Origin: Vicugna vicugna
Taxonomy: Eukaryota
Assembly (NCBI GenBank): GCA_013265495.1
Contig: MU058153.1
Span: 1,552,001 to 1,616,000, forward strand
Direction: 5' to 3'
DNA: 64,000 nucleotides
Position 1 is the first letter of the stretch. Every line of letters starts with the position of its first letter. The notes beneath the pieces are model-generated. The model had not been told where the DNA came from. It did not search any database and was given only the letters and a program-made list of their open reading frames with translations. The position numbers and the translations under genes are program-made. Below, piece by piece: positions 51,041 through 64,000 of this stretch.

Positions 51041-51794
51041 TCCTAATTTTTTTCTTTTTTAGTTCTTCTTTTCATTGATACAAATCTTGAAATTTTAAGA
51101 AACTTAATTTTGTGTTTACAGCTCATCAGGAATCCTTACGTCAGTGTGAGTTTCTTGCTAATATCCAGGCTGCACATGAGTAAGTGAGCCTGAAAGTGAA
51201 CATTCAGCGTGAGTTGGAAATGTGAAGGGAACCAGGGATCTTTCCGAACTCAGATTGAGAAAATCACAGAGGGTCTGTGTGTTGGATGCGCCACGGCAAG
51301 TCTGTTTTAGAGTATTCTTACCATTTCTATTTTCAAGAGAAAGTCAAATTCTAAAGAGGCATTTAGAAGGAAAAGAACAAGAAAGGGCCTTTTCAGGCTG
51401 ATCTGAAACTTGATGGGCTCAGTAAAAGAAAAGCAGCATTTTGTTCTTAAGGTTTGACTTCCAAAGACTGTATATCTTTGAAAAAATGGTCATAAATTTT
51501 TAAAATATATATCTGAGAAAAACCTATCTTTCTGAGTCAACAAGTGAAAACTCTAGTTATTTAAATGGTGCATCGTAAACCACTGTGGTGTTAACATATC
51601 AGACTTACTCAAAACTAACCGCTCTTTCTGGCTAGTCTCAGATCTCCAGGGGTCAGTCAGTCAGTCCATAACTTTTGTTAAGGAGCAACCTAGGGTGGCT
51701 AGTAATTTAAATGACTGAAACCAAGAGTTCACTCTACTACTTCAGAAGACCCTTGCCCAGCCAAAGTACCTTCAGGACTTCTCTACTCTAGGAC

Positions 51795-52257
51795 TGTATT
51801 AGTTAGAGTTCTCCAGGGAAACAGAACCCCGTAGGATGCATGTAGATATAAAAGAAGACTTATTATGAGAATTGGCTTGTGAAGTCGTAGAGGCTGAGAT
51901 ATGCCACAATATGTCATTTACAAGCTGGCGAACTAGGAAAGCTGGTGGTATAATTCAGTCTGAGGTCAAACCAGGAGAAGCAGGAGCTCTAATGTCTAGG
52001 GGAAGGAAAACGCTGGACAGCCCAGCTCAAGAAGAGAGAGAGGAGAGGTGTCCTTCCGAAACCTTTCTGTTCTCTCTGGGCCCCTCGGTAGAGTGGATGA
52101 AGGTGCTCACCCACATTGGTGCCCACCCACTTCTTTACTTACTGATTCAAATGCTACTCTCTTCTAAAAGCATCTTGACACACCCAGAAATAAAATTTAC
52201 TAGCTGTCTGGGCATCCCTCAGCCCCATCAAGCTAACAGATAAAATTAACCATCACA
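51795..52257 (-). mobile_element. MLT2 (ERVL) solo LTR
   Basis: TGTATTAGTTAGAGTTCTCCAGGGAAACAGAACC...TAAAATTAACCATCACA; 5-bp TSD AGGAC/AAGAC with one mismatch. Confidence 0.88.
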
Positions 52258-55200
52258 AAGACAAATTTCCCAACTTTGGTTAGCCTTGGCCAACTAATCT
52301 CTGGATGCTTCTGACTTTGGCCTCTCAGTTCCTCGTTCTTCAGCCACTAGTGCCGAACTCTGAACCCCATCCTACCTACCCACCTGCTCTCATGTGCACA
52401 CATCTGTGTGAATTTGGCTTTGACTGGAGACTTACTCAGTCTAGATCTTTCAGTATCCCAACTATCTCGTTGCTGCCCTTAAGTCCAGGCTCTATATAGC
52501 CTGAGCATGGAGAAAATTTCCTTCTTTCCTCTTTTCTTTATTGATGCAAAAATGCAAATTGTAGACATGCAAAATCTAGGTGACTATGTTTGACTAAAGG
52601 AAAGTTCAAATCCAGTTTTACACTCTCAGTGAATTCTTCCTGAACACCTGGAGTGTAGGCATTTGATTGACGGTCATCTTAAAACCACTTATGTGCCATT
52701 AAAGCCTTCGAAGTTTTCACGATTATGCTAGGTACTAAGATATAAAGAAAATCCACCATTTTATGAATTTCCTGGATCATATGACTTTGGACCTTGCTTA
52801 ACAATGTATTTAACTAGTACATTAAGTTGTGTAAAATTGCAAAGCTGCTGGTTCTAACTTTAGTGTTCTTTTGAAAGTTATATATGCTAACCTAGTGAAC
52901 CCTAGGTTTGTTCTTCCTCTAATGTATAGAACAGGTTTACTGACACTGAATTGGCCAAGTGTGAAACTAAGTGAACAGTAAAGAGAAAATAAAATTGTTA
53001 TTTTTCTATTACTGGCCACGTGGTCTTGGGCAATTCTCTCAGTCCCATGATCTATACAATGATAATACTGAAGTTTTTTAATATCTTACTAATCTGAAAG
53101 CAAGATTTTAGGTAAAAATAAAAATTTGATAGGTTACATTAGGAAAACTAAATCATGTGACAATATTGTGAAAAGATATACAATGAACAATGAACAAAAC
53201 GTCTTCTCTCCAGAAATATTTTTTTAAAGTATGTCACCCAACAATTAAGATACCTTATTGAAACATGGTGTGACATACAACTGAAATAACAACAAAGAAG
53301 GGTCAGAGGATACCCCAAGCCTATCTCAATAATCAGGAATTGCACTCTTACATGCAGAGTTAGAATTTATATTTGGCCCTGTAGTTGATATCAACGTGTT
53401 GCCTTCTCAGACCTCACTCCCACTGTGTTTTAAGAAATCCTTGTACCCACATCAACATGTATTTGGTAAAATACGAAATAGTCAACTTGGCCATTTATCA
53501 GATGTTGAGTGGGCATTGGATATAAACTAAATCAGATTCCCTCTCTTGGTAGCTGGATATACAGCATATTAAATGGAAAGCTCACTGGGGACATGTTTTC
53601 TACCATCTAGAGATAAAAAAGCACTGGGGAACAGTTTCTAGAGTTGAAGAGAATTTTAAAAAATGAACATGCTGAGATAGAAAAAGCAGAAGTTGAAAGA
53701 AAAAAAGGATAACCTTGAAAACAGTCATCTTACTGTTTCTAGTTTATTCCAGGGACCCAGCTACAGTCTTCATATAAAGTGTCAAAACCGTCCTTCCCTG
53801 GTATGTTAAAATGCAGAAAATAAAAGAAAATATGTATAGTTATATAGATTTGCAAACCTTCCCCTGTTTAACATAACAATTGAGATCATCTCTCTTCCTT
53901 TTCCTCTTTTTCTTCACTTTCTAAGTTGGTTACACATTTTTCAGTAAAGTTTCTTGGCTTTGTATTATTGATTCTGAGTGACTGGTAGATAGACTTGAAA
54001 TATTAGAAAGAAGAGACTTCACACTGGAAAGGGGATTAAAAACAGACAGGACTACCAGAATTTGGAAAAAGGGAGGAGCGGAGAAATGGGGAAGATCTGA
54101 TTGGAAGTGAGCTCTGAAGGTGTTGAAGGAGGGGCTACCAGCTGGCCTCAGTTTGACGGAGGATTGAAAGTGGAAGATTTTATGAAATACTTCTGTGAAT
54201 GATAAATCACATCTCTTTGAATTCATTTAAGAGACTTCAGTAAAGATTTGAGATTTTTTTTTAATCAATAATCATAGATCAAAGTAGATTTCTGGTCCGC
54301 ATCGCTTTGAATGTGCCAGGATGGGTCTACATGATATTCCAAACTTTATTCAGGCCAGACTTATGAACAATTCTGGCTTGTTCTTGCATGAGTTTAAATC
54401 ATATTTTATTACTTCCAAACAGAAGAACCCTAATTAATATCGTATCTGTTAATGTCCACGTTATATACCTGGCTGGATAAACATAACACTTTGTGTAGAT
54501 GAAAAAAAAGGAGAATGCTACACACATTTATTGACAATATATTGTTATCATGGTAACGATCAAGAAAGAATAGAGATATTTCCAGTCTCCTCATGTTACA
54601 TAATATTAGAATGGATAAAGCTGGACAAGACTGTGTAAATTATTTAGCTCAGTGCCAGAGAGGTAGAGATGTATCTCCAAGACCGTTTCATAGGTGAGGT
54701 TAGAAACCGAGGGGATTGGTACTCAGTCTTAGTCTTTTTCCAATCACTTCCAGTCTTTGCCCTGCTGCCTGAAAAGTGTAATTATCTTGGATGTATGCAA
54801 AGGCATTTACTTGGGAATGTTGGAGAGATAAAATTATCCTCCTGAGAAACATTCTAGACGTTTTGGAGGGAACGTGTTCAAGCCATTACACACTGAAGGA
54901 CGTTCCATTTGACGTCTGCATGCAGGACGAGGCATTGTGTTCAGAAACGATCACAACCAGGGCTGCTTCGCGCCCTGTAGGAGCCACAGGCTGCTTCAGG
55001 CTAGCAACAGTGGATTGGAGTTCTAATATTTTCCAAGAAAAAGTGGATAAATATAGATATTGGAACTTCTACACAACTAGTTAAGTTATGTTCCCAGTAA
55101 TTATTCTGTTAGATGATAGCTTGAAGGTGAAGGTAGAGGTCTTTTTCAGAAGAGTGAAAATTGTTTTTTTTTTCCCCTAAACTCTCTTTGTTCAGGTTGA

Positions 55201-56938
55201 AATCTTAGAAACTATTCAGTCACCTTTCCTAAGCCCAGATGAGTGAGACATAAAAAGTTTCCTGTCTTTGGCTACTTATTCCACATTTTCCAATAGTCCT
55301 ACTTACAAATATTGCCTAAACAGACCACTTCTGGATTTTTGGACTTGTCAATCAAAGCCAATGCACCCATGACCCTTTTAAACCCAAAGTAAACCCACCA
55401 CCGTTGAACAGTTAAATAAGGGATGTCAGTTTTACAAATGTGGTCTCCTTTTCCTCATTTGTTCCCAAACCTGAAAGATTTTTTCCTCAAAGATCATTTC
55501 TGGTAACATTGAGTATAAAAAACTTGGACTTTTCTCACTTTAGAGAAGTTTGTAATAAACACAAATTAGAGGGTTTGAATTCTGCTTTGATCTGTTATAC
55601 TCAACAACCATTATACAAATACTCAGCTCCTAAACAAATTATATGTGGGTACAATACCGGCTGACTCAAATGTCCTTGTGTGACAAATATGGAATCCCTG
55701 GTAAATACATTAAGCATGATGACTCAGGCTTGAGCTGAAATATTTAGCATCTACTAAATATGCAAAAATACTGTTTTCTGCCCTAGATGGGCTGTAAAGA
55801 AAGCTTCTTCAAGACTGTGTGACCTAGTTGGGGAGCATCAACCCACATCAAGATTTCTACATGCTACTTGAGAGTATAATCTCGTGTTAGGAGCAGGGAA
55901 GTGATCAGTGTAAAATTGGATTGCTCTCTGAAAGCTTCCTGGAGGTGGTCAGCTCGAAGAATATATGACCGAGCCCCCACCGATGTGAGGGTTTTTACAG
56001 AACGACTGGCTTCATCAGATAACCTCCAAAGGTGTTTCTCCAGAATGACAGAGAAACTTTAGGGAGGTCCTTAGTTTAATCAAGATATGAGTAAATTACA
56101 TCCTCTTCATTTATACTCTTCTCTCTCTCTCTCTTTTTTTCTTCCTTCTTTACAATGTGAGTAAAGAGTTGGCAGGCATAAAATTCAGGGAGACACGTAC
56201 AATGCTGTTTTTAATCTTTCTCTTTCAATATGCTTATAAATAGCATGGTAAACTGTGAACCTCTTTCCTTTAAAAATGCTGATACCCCGAGGGCTTAGTC
56301 AGTTTCAAGTCTTTTGCAGGAAGCTGAATTACTTGAGTTTCTTTGAAATGAATACAGTTATTAAAATAGCAGTGATTGTAGCTGCTTGGCGAATTGGCAC
56401 CAAAAATTGGTGCAGCCTGTGAGTTTTTCTCTACAAGTCACATGCACAGAAACGTGTCCGTGTAAAGATGTCAACAGAGTGTAGTTACAACAGATGGAAA
56501 CGGGCCAGTTTTCTCTGTCCTTATTAACTTTAGCTTGGTTTGATACTGTTTGAAAACAGAAGTAACACTTTTTTTTTTAATTAAGAAAACAAAACAATGA
56601 TCTGCTTTTGCAGTGACGCTTCTAAAAGTAATAAAAATCTCAAAATGTGCTATTACTTCTGAGTTTTGAAGAAGAGAGAGAGTTCTTCTAACAACATGGT
56701 ACTTTATGATGATTCCAATACTGTGTTCCTTCTGGGTAGGATTTTGAATTCTCCTGAGTGGAGGTTATTATTTTACACTGGCTGTGAAGCTCCTTCCATA
56801 GAAAGCATGGGATGATATCTTAAGAATAACCTTATTGTTTCCAACACTTCCTACACACTAGGACAAAAATACCATTAGAATAGAGTTCCAAATTCAATCC
56901 TCAACCTCCTAGTTTTGTCTTTAGCTACAAAACAAGGG

Positions 56939-56942
<4 letters not shown>

Positions 56943-56977
<35 letters not shown>
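56943..56977. repeat. (CA)17 microsatellite
   Basis: Uninterrupted AC dinucleotide run. Confidence 0.97.
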
Positions 56978-56979
<2 letters not shown>

Positions 56980-57810
56980 AATGTGCTCACATACAGCTCA
57001 TTTGCATGTTTAAGCAATTCTGAAACCCTCATATAGGATCTTCAAATGTCTGAGTTCACATATGCTCAGCTAACAATCTCACAGCTTCATTAATGATTTT
57101 TTTTGCTCTTTTTTTCTACTTCTGAGTTTGTCCATCCACTCCATATCTCTAGCTTATTTTATTCTATTTTATTTTTTTCTCTTCTCGCTTTTTGCCATGC
57201 TTCAATCTACACTTTCCCTTCTGGTCAATGTTTCTGCCTTATGGCTTCCCAAATGTGTTTTTTTTTCTTTTTTCTTTTTTTTTTTTTAACTTTTACTACG
57301 TTGTGGGTTATATTCAGTGACTGCTTCTTTTTCTTCATAATAAAGTATTATTACTCTACTGAAGAAAAATTCAGGGCACACTATCTTCTGAAAGGTGTTC
57401 TCAGTATTAGCAAGAATCCTAAGCTGTCAGCATATTCCCTGTCTACTCAGTGTTGTCCTGCTCAAGGCAGTATTTTAATTTTATTTTTATGGCACACTCA
57501 TTATTTGTCATGACTAACATATTAGGAGGCAAGCATTTTCTCTCTCTCAGGTATAAGCTGTTTCTAATTTATTGTCACATACTCAGTTGAAACTCATTAT
57601 TACTATTACCATGGATAAGTGGTCACTTAATTTTTGTGAAATATGAAAATAAGAGACATAGACTATGATTACAGAAGAGTCTATGGGACATGTGCTGACT
57701 ATCCACTTGCATCTTTTCATGTATTTAATTATAATTATGCACCTTTTAAAAAGCATTATGCTTTTAGTGTTTGAAAATAAAATTTCTGAATAAGTAAGAC
57801 TTTATCTGAA

Positions 57811-57994
57811 CCAGGACTTCTCACTGTAGTCAGTGTACAAATTACCTGGAGATCTTTTAAAACACAAATGCCTGGTCCCAACCCTGATGTATTCTGATTT
57901 TGTATGTCTGTGTAGGGCCCATGGATTTAAGTTTTAAAACAAATCCCAGAAATTCAGTGCTGTTGGTCTGAGGGCCACATTCTGAGCAGAACTG
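57811..57994. mobile_element. MER5A-like MITE
   Basis: CTTCTCA...AATTACCTGGAGATCTTTTAAAA...ATGCCTGGTCCCAACCC...TTCTGATT...GGGCCACATTCTGAG. Confidence 0.75.
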
Positions 57995-58524
57995 AAGAGA
58001 ATCATTAAATATCACGTAGAACCCTACAAACACAGAACAGAACAATTAAATATCACACATAACATTTTTGGTTTTTAACAGAAGACTAGCTCTGTGCGCC
58101 AGGCATGGTACTATGTGTGTCAGTAGTGAGTAAACTAGCCACAGTGTCTGATCTTGAAAAGCCCAGAAGAGCAGTGCATAAACAATGTTGGTGGAGGAGT
58201 ATGGTGGTGAGCTCGGTATACAACCAAAGGAATGTGACTTCGGAATGTGCTGGGCTGTAACCGGAATGTGCTGGGAAACAGGGGAAGCCCTGACATTCCA
58301 GGAAAACACATTCACAAAATGCTTTTGATCTCATCAGAAATCTATTGCAATGTAAATAGATAATATTGGGGGGGAGGGGAGAGATGCTAACACCCAGTAA
58401 AACCACAGGAAGAGTCTCCTTCTTTTGAAGATGAAGGAATAAGTTGATTAAAAAGGAAAGAGAGAAATTCATTCTCTGCCAAAGGCTTCATGATGAAATG
58501 AAAGCTGCTGTAAGAGAGGAGCAT

Positions 58525-61500
58525 TTGTCATGTTCAAGGAAACCCCTATAGGACTATTAGGATTTCTCCATAGAAACTGCAGGCCAGGAGAGAGTGGGAT
58601 GACATATTCAAAGTGCTGAGAGGAAAAAAAAAAAATCTTCCAACCAAGAGAATTATACCTGGCAAATCTATCCTTCAAAAGTGAAAAAGAGAGAAAGACT
58701 TCCCCAGACAGACACATGCAGAGGAAGTTCATCATCATCAGGCCTGACACAAAAAGTGCTAAACGCGGTTCTTCAAGTTGAGAGAAAAGGACACTAATTA
58801 GTAATATGAAAGCATGAAAGTATAAAACTCACTGTGAAGGTAAATATATAGTTAAATTCTGAATATTCTAATACTGCAATGGAGATTTATAAATCATTTT
58901 TAACCCTAGTATGAAAGGTAAATATGGCCAAAGTGTTAAAAAAAACTATAATGAATATAATTTATTAATAGATACACAATATAAAAAGATGCAAATGGAG
59001 GGGTTTAGAGTTTTTGTATGTGACTGAAGTTAAGTAGTTATCAGTTTAAAACAGACTGTTATAGCTATAAAATGTTTTATGTAAGCATGGTAGCCATAAA
59101 GAAAAAAAATTTCAGTAGACATAGAAAAGAGAAAGAGAAAGAGATGAAATCACAAAGCAATCATAAAAACAGTATCAAATCACAAAGGAATGCAGTAATA
59201 AAGGAAGAAAATCAAAGAAGCTACAAAACAGAAAACAATTAACAAAATGTCAGAAGTCAGCCCTTACCTATTAATAATTAATTTCAATATAAAAGGATTA
59301 AAATTTCCAATCAAAAGGCAGAATAGTTAAGTAGATGAAAAATGAGATCCAACAGTATGCTGACTGAAAAAGATTCGCAATAGCTTTAAAGACACACATA
59401 GGTTTAAAAAAAACACTTCTATCAGACAGAATAGAATTTAAATCAAAACTTTCATTAAGAAACAAAGAAGGTCATTATATAATGAAAAAGGAGTTGTCAT
59501 CAAAAGTATTTAACAATTGCAAATATATATGCACCCAACATCAGAGCACCTAATTATATAAAGCAAATGTTAACATAACAGAAGGGAGAAATAGATAGCT
59601 ATACAGTAAGAGTAGAGACTTTAAAATTACACTTTCAACAATGGATAGAACTTCCAGACAGATACTCAATAAGGGAACAGTAGACTTGAATGAAAGTGTA
59701 AACCAAACAGACTTTACAGACATGTACAGAACATTTCATCCAACAGCAGCAAAATACATGTTCTTCTCAAGCACGCATGGGACATTCTCCAGCATAGATC
59801 ATATTATTGGACCACAAAACAAGTCTTAACAAATTAAGATTGATAGCATATTCAGTATATTTTCTGACCACAGTTGTATGAAAGTAGAAATTAATAACAG
59901 GAAGAAAATTTGAAAATTCATAAATACATGAAAATTAATGTGACTGTAAACACTCAATGGGTCATAGAAGAATCAAAAGGAAATCAAAAAGTGTCTTGAG
60001 ACAAGTAATAATGGAGACACAACATAACAAAATTTAGAAGATGCAGAAAAAGCAGCTCTAAGAGAAAAGTGATACATGAACACCGTAAGTGGTAAGTGCC
60101 TAAAATTAGGGGAAAAAAAAGTATCTTCTCAAATAAACTAACTTTACATTTCAAGGAACTAGAAGAAGAGAACAAACTAAGCTCAAAATGAGCAGAAGGA
60201 AGGAAATAAAATTTAAAGCAAAAATATATGAAATAGAGGCTAGAGAAACAATAGAAAAGATCGACAAAACTGAGTTTTTTAAAAGATAAGCAAATTGACA
60301 GACCTTTAGCTATACTAAGGAAAAAAAAAGAGGACTCAAATTAATAAAATTATAAATGAAAGAGGAACTATTAAAATTGATAGCACAGAAATAAAAAGGA
60401 TCTTAAGAGACTGTTATGAAGAACTATACGCCCACGTATTGAATACCCTAGCAGAAATGGGCTCATTCCTAGACTTATACGACCTACTAAAACTGAATCA
60501 TGAATAGAAAATCTGAGCAGACCAGTAACAGGTAAGACGATTGAATCAACAATTAAAAACCTCCCCAAACAAATAAAGTCATTGGGCCAGATGGCTTCAC
60601 TGAAAATTTCTAACGAGCATTTAAAAGAAGATTTAACACCAGTCCTTTTCAAACTCTTCCAAAATATTGAAGGGGAGGGAATATTTCCAAACTCATATCA
60701 CAAGGCCAGCATTCCTCTGATAACAATGCCAGATGTAGACACTATATGAAAGGGAAACTGCAGGAGAATATTCCTGATGCGCGTAGGTATAAAAGTCCGC
60801 AGCAACATACTGGCAAACTGAATTCAACAGCACATTAAATGAATCATACTCCATGTTCAAGTGGGATTTATCTCTGGGTTGCAAGGATGGTTGACATATG
60901 CAAACTGGTAAATGTGATATGTTATATTAACAGAATAAAAAGATGAAACACATATGATCTTCTCAGGAGATGCAGAAAAAGCATTAAACAAAACATCCTT
61001 TCATGATAAAAACTCAACCGATTAGGAATAAAAGGCACGCACCCCAACGTAATAAATGTCGTAGATGACAAGCCCACAGCTAACATCATACTCAACAGTG
61101 AAAAGCTAAAAACTCTAAGATCAGGAACACGACAAGGATACCCACTCTTGCCACTTCCATTCAACATAGTACTAGAAGCCCTGAGCCAGAGCATTTAGGC
61201 AAGAGAAAGAAATAAAATGCATCCAAACCAGAAAGGAAGAGGTGAAATTGTCTCCGTCTGCAGATGACATAATCTTATATACAGAAAACCCTTAAATCTC
61301 CACCAAAAATCTGTTAGAATTAATGAAAACAAATTCAGTAAAGTTGCAGGATACAAAATCAACATTAAAAATTAGTTTTATTGCTATAGATTAATGAAGA
61401 ATTATCAAATATAAATTAAGGAAATCATCAAAAATAATAAAATACGTAGAAATAAATTTATCCAAGGATGTGAAAGATCTGTACACTGAAATCTATAAAA

Positions 61501-61687
61501 TACTACTGAAGAAAATTGAGCATGAAATAAATCGAAAGATATCCTGTGTCCATGGATCAAAAAATTAATATTTTTAAAAGCTCATACTACTCAAAGTGAT
61601 AAGCAGATTCAAAATAATCCCTATCAAAATTCCAGTGGCATTTTTTTATAGAAATAGATAAAAAACCATTTTAAAATTCATATGGAA
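58525..61687 (+). mobile_element. Old L1 (L1MA-like), left part: ORF1 3' end, inter-ORF spacer and decayed ORF2 (EN/RT)
   Basis: ORF1 relic GCAGGCCAGGAGAGAGTGGGATGACATATTCAAAGTGCTG; ORF2 relics [43 protein letters not shown]; many stops and frameshifts. Confidence 0.93.
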
Positions 61688-63456
61688 ATATCTGGGAATA
61701 AATCTAACCAAGGAGGTGAAAGAATTATACACAGAAAACTATAAACCATTGATGAAGGAAATTAAAGAAGACTTTAAAAAATGGAAAGATATTCCATGCT
61801 CTTGGATTGGAAGAATCAATATTGTTAAAATGGTCACACTGCCCAAGGCAATCTACAGATTTAATGCAATCCCTATCCAATTACCCAGGGCATATTTCAC
61901 AGAACTAGAACAAATCATAATAAAATTTATATGGAACCATCAAAGACCTAGAATTGCTAAAGCATTACTGAAGAGAAAGAAAGAGGCTGTAGGAATAACT
62001 CTCCCAGACTTCAGACAATACTATAGAGCTACAGTCATCAAGACAGCATGGTATTGGTACCAAAACAGACATATGGACCAATGGAACAGAATAGAGAGCC
62101 CAGAAATGAACCCACAAACTTTTGGTCAACTCATCTTCGACAAAGGAGGCAAGAATATACAATGGAATAAAGACAGTCTCTTCAGCAAATGGTGTTGGGA
62201 AAACTGGACAGCAGCATGTAAAACAATGAAGCTAGAACACACCCTTACACCATATACAAAAATCAACTCAAAATGGATTAAAGACTTAAACATAAGACAA
62301 GATACAATAAACCTCCTAGAGGAAAACATAGGCAAAACATTATCTGACATACATTTCAAAAATTTTCTCCTAGAAGAAATAAAAGCAAGAATAAACAAAT
62401 GGGACCTAATGAAACTTACAAGCTTCTGCAGAGCAAAGGAAACCAGAAATAAAACAAGAAGAAAACCTACGGAATGGGAGAAAATTTTTGCAAGTGAAAC
62501 CGACAAAGGCTTGATCTCCAAAATATATAAGCAGCTCATACGACTCAATAAGAAAAAAATAAACAACCCAATCCAAAAATGGGCAGAAGACCTAAACAAG
62601 CAATTCTCCAAGGAAGACATACAAATGATCAAAAAGCACATGAAAAAATGCTCAATATCACTAATTATCAGAGAAATGCAAATCAAAACTACAATGAGGT
62701 ATCACCTCACACCAGTCAGAATGGCCGTCATTCAAAAATCCACAAATGACAAATGCTGGAGAGGCTGTGGAGAAAGGGGAACCCTCCTACACTGCTGGTG
62801 GGAATGCAGTTTGGTGCAGCCACTATGGAAAACAGTGTGGAGATTCCTCAAAAGACTAGGAATAGACTTACCATATGACCCAGGAATCCCACTCCTGGAC
62901 TTGTATCCAGAAGGAAATCTACTTCAGGATGACACCTGCACTCCAGTGTTCATAGCAGCACTATTTACAATAGCCAAAACATGGAAACAGCCTAAATGTC
63001 CATCAACAGGTGACTGGATAAAGAAGAAGTGGTATATTTATACAATGGAATACTACTCAGCCATAAAAACCGACAACATAACGCCATTTGCAGCAACATG
63101 GATGCTCCTAGAGAATGTCATTCTAAGTGAAGTAAGCCAGAAAGAGAAAGAAAAATACCATATGAGATCGCTCATATGTGGAATCTAAAGACTCATGGAC
63201 AGAGAATACAGACTTGTGGTTACCAGGGGGGTAGAGGGTGGGAAGGGATAGACTGGGATTTCAAAATTGTAGAATAGATAAACAAGATTACACTGTATAG
63301 CACAGGGAAATATACACAAAATGTTATGATAAGTCACAGAGAAAAAAATGTGACAATGAGTGTGTATATGTCTATGAATGACTGAAAAATTGTGCTGAAC
63401 ACTGGAATTTGACACAACATTGTAAGATGATTATAAATCAATAAAAAATGTTAAAA
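61688..63456 (+). mobile_element. Young 5'-truncated L1 nested in the old L1
   Basis: Exact 15-bp TSD AAAATTCATATGGAA (61673-61687 and 63457-63471), TT/AAAA endonuclease site, AATAAA at 63440-63445, short A tail, open ORF2 frame. Confidence 0.95.
61689..63188 (+). pseudogene. L1 ORF2p C-terminal fragment (end of RT, thumb/wrist, CCHC knuckle); open but lacking EN and most of RT
   Basis: Frame reads [14 protein letters not shown]...[18 protein letters not shown]...[10 protein letters not shown] with no internal stop. Confidence 0.93.
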
Positions 63457-63980
63457 AAAATTCATATGGAACCTCAAAAGATCCCAAACAGTCACAGCAA
63501 TCTTGAGCAAGAACAGTGCTGTAGACATCACATTGCCAGATTTCAAAATATACCACAGTTACAGTGTGGTACTGGCATAAAAATAGACATATAGACCAAT
63601 GAAACAGGACAGCCCACACATAAGCCTACACATTTATAGTCAACTGATCTTTGATATAATATATAGCCAATACATACATATTTACACATATTGGTATGTG
63701 TATATTTATATATACATATTTTTCATAAGACACAGAGAGTAGAATTGTGGTTGCCATGGACTGGAGGAATAGAGGAAGTGGGAAGATGTTGGTCAAAAGG
63801 TACAAAGATTCAGATATGCAGGATGAAAAAATTCTGGAGAATTAATATCCAGCACAGCTAACTATAGTTAGTAACATTCTATTGTATACTTGAAATTTGC
63901 TAAGAGAATAGATAATAAGGGGTCTCTCTAAAGACAAAAAATTAAATATGTGAAGTGATGGATATATTAACTAGCTTGAT
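63457..63980 (+). mobile_element. Old L1, right part: short ORF2 stretch, internal deletion, L1MA-type 3' UTR
   Basis: Continues FIWN...LPDFKIY...WYW; then GATGTTGGTCAAAAGGTACAAAG...TGTATACTTGAAATTTGCTAAGAGA...GTGATGGATATATTAACTAGCTTGAT. Confidence 0.88.
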
Positions 63981-64000
63981 ATAGCAAGGCTAAGTCTTTA

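Noticed and set aside
57103..57513. 136-aa Phe-rich ORF resembling a membrane protein
   Set aside because: Product of T-rich low-complexity DNA with a TTG start.
62126..62686. 186-aa antisense ORF inside the young L1
   Set aside because: Antisense open frames are common opposite L1 ORF2; no evidence of separate function.
1..64000. Roughly 110 short ORFs (60-136 aa) in the six-frame track
   Set aside because: Lengths are what chance gives in mammalian DNA; many use GTG/TTG starts, lie in repeats or low-complexity tracts, and show no recognisable domains. The exception is 20328-20624, treated as a transposase relic.
1..64000. CRISPR arrays, operons, rRNA or prokaryotic defence systems
   Set aside because: No repeat-spacer arrays or gene-dense regions; the sequence is clearly mammalian.

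Overview
Mammalian genomic DNA, most likely a camelid (inferred from tRNA-Ala-derived Vic-1-like SINEs and the L1 3' UTR; no Alu, BovB, PRE-1 or CAN SINEs seen). The only host protein-coding sequence I can support is the single coding exon of LRRC4C (netrin-G ligand 1, NGL-1; 15178-17100, + strand, 640 aa), with its splice acceptor at 15135 and a short A-rich 3' UTR. The rest is last intron (1-15135) and downstream intergenic DNA rich in transposable elements: three solo ERV1-like LTRs with perfect 4-bp target-site duplications, MaLR/ERVL LTRs, hAT and Tigger DNA-transposon relics, MIR/L2, three SINEs, and a young 5'-truncated L1 nested inside an old L1. I see no convincing new biological system. 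The best leads are a decayed piggyBac-like transposase about 3 kb downstream of LRRC4C, an overlapping uORF that covers all signal-peptide-compatible start codons of LRRC4C, an L1-in-L1 insertion truncated near the homologous position, and a possible micro-inversion splitting an MLT1 LTR. Repeat family names come from remembered consensus sequences, not a search, and boundaries of old repeats are approximate.
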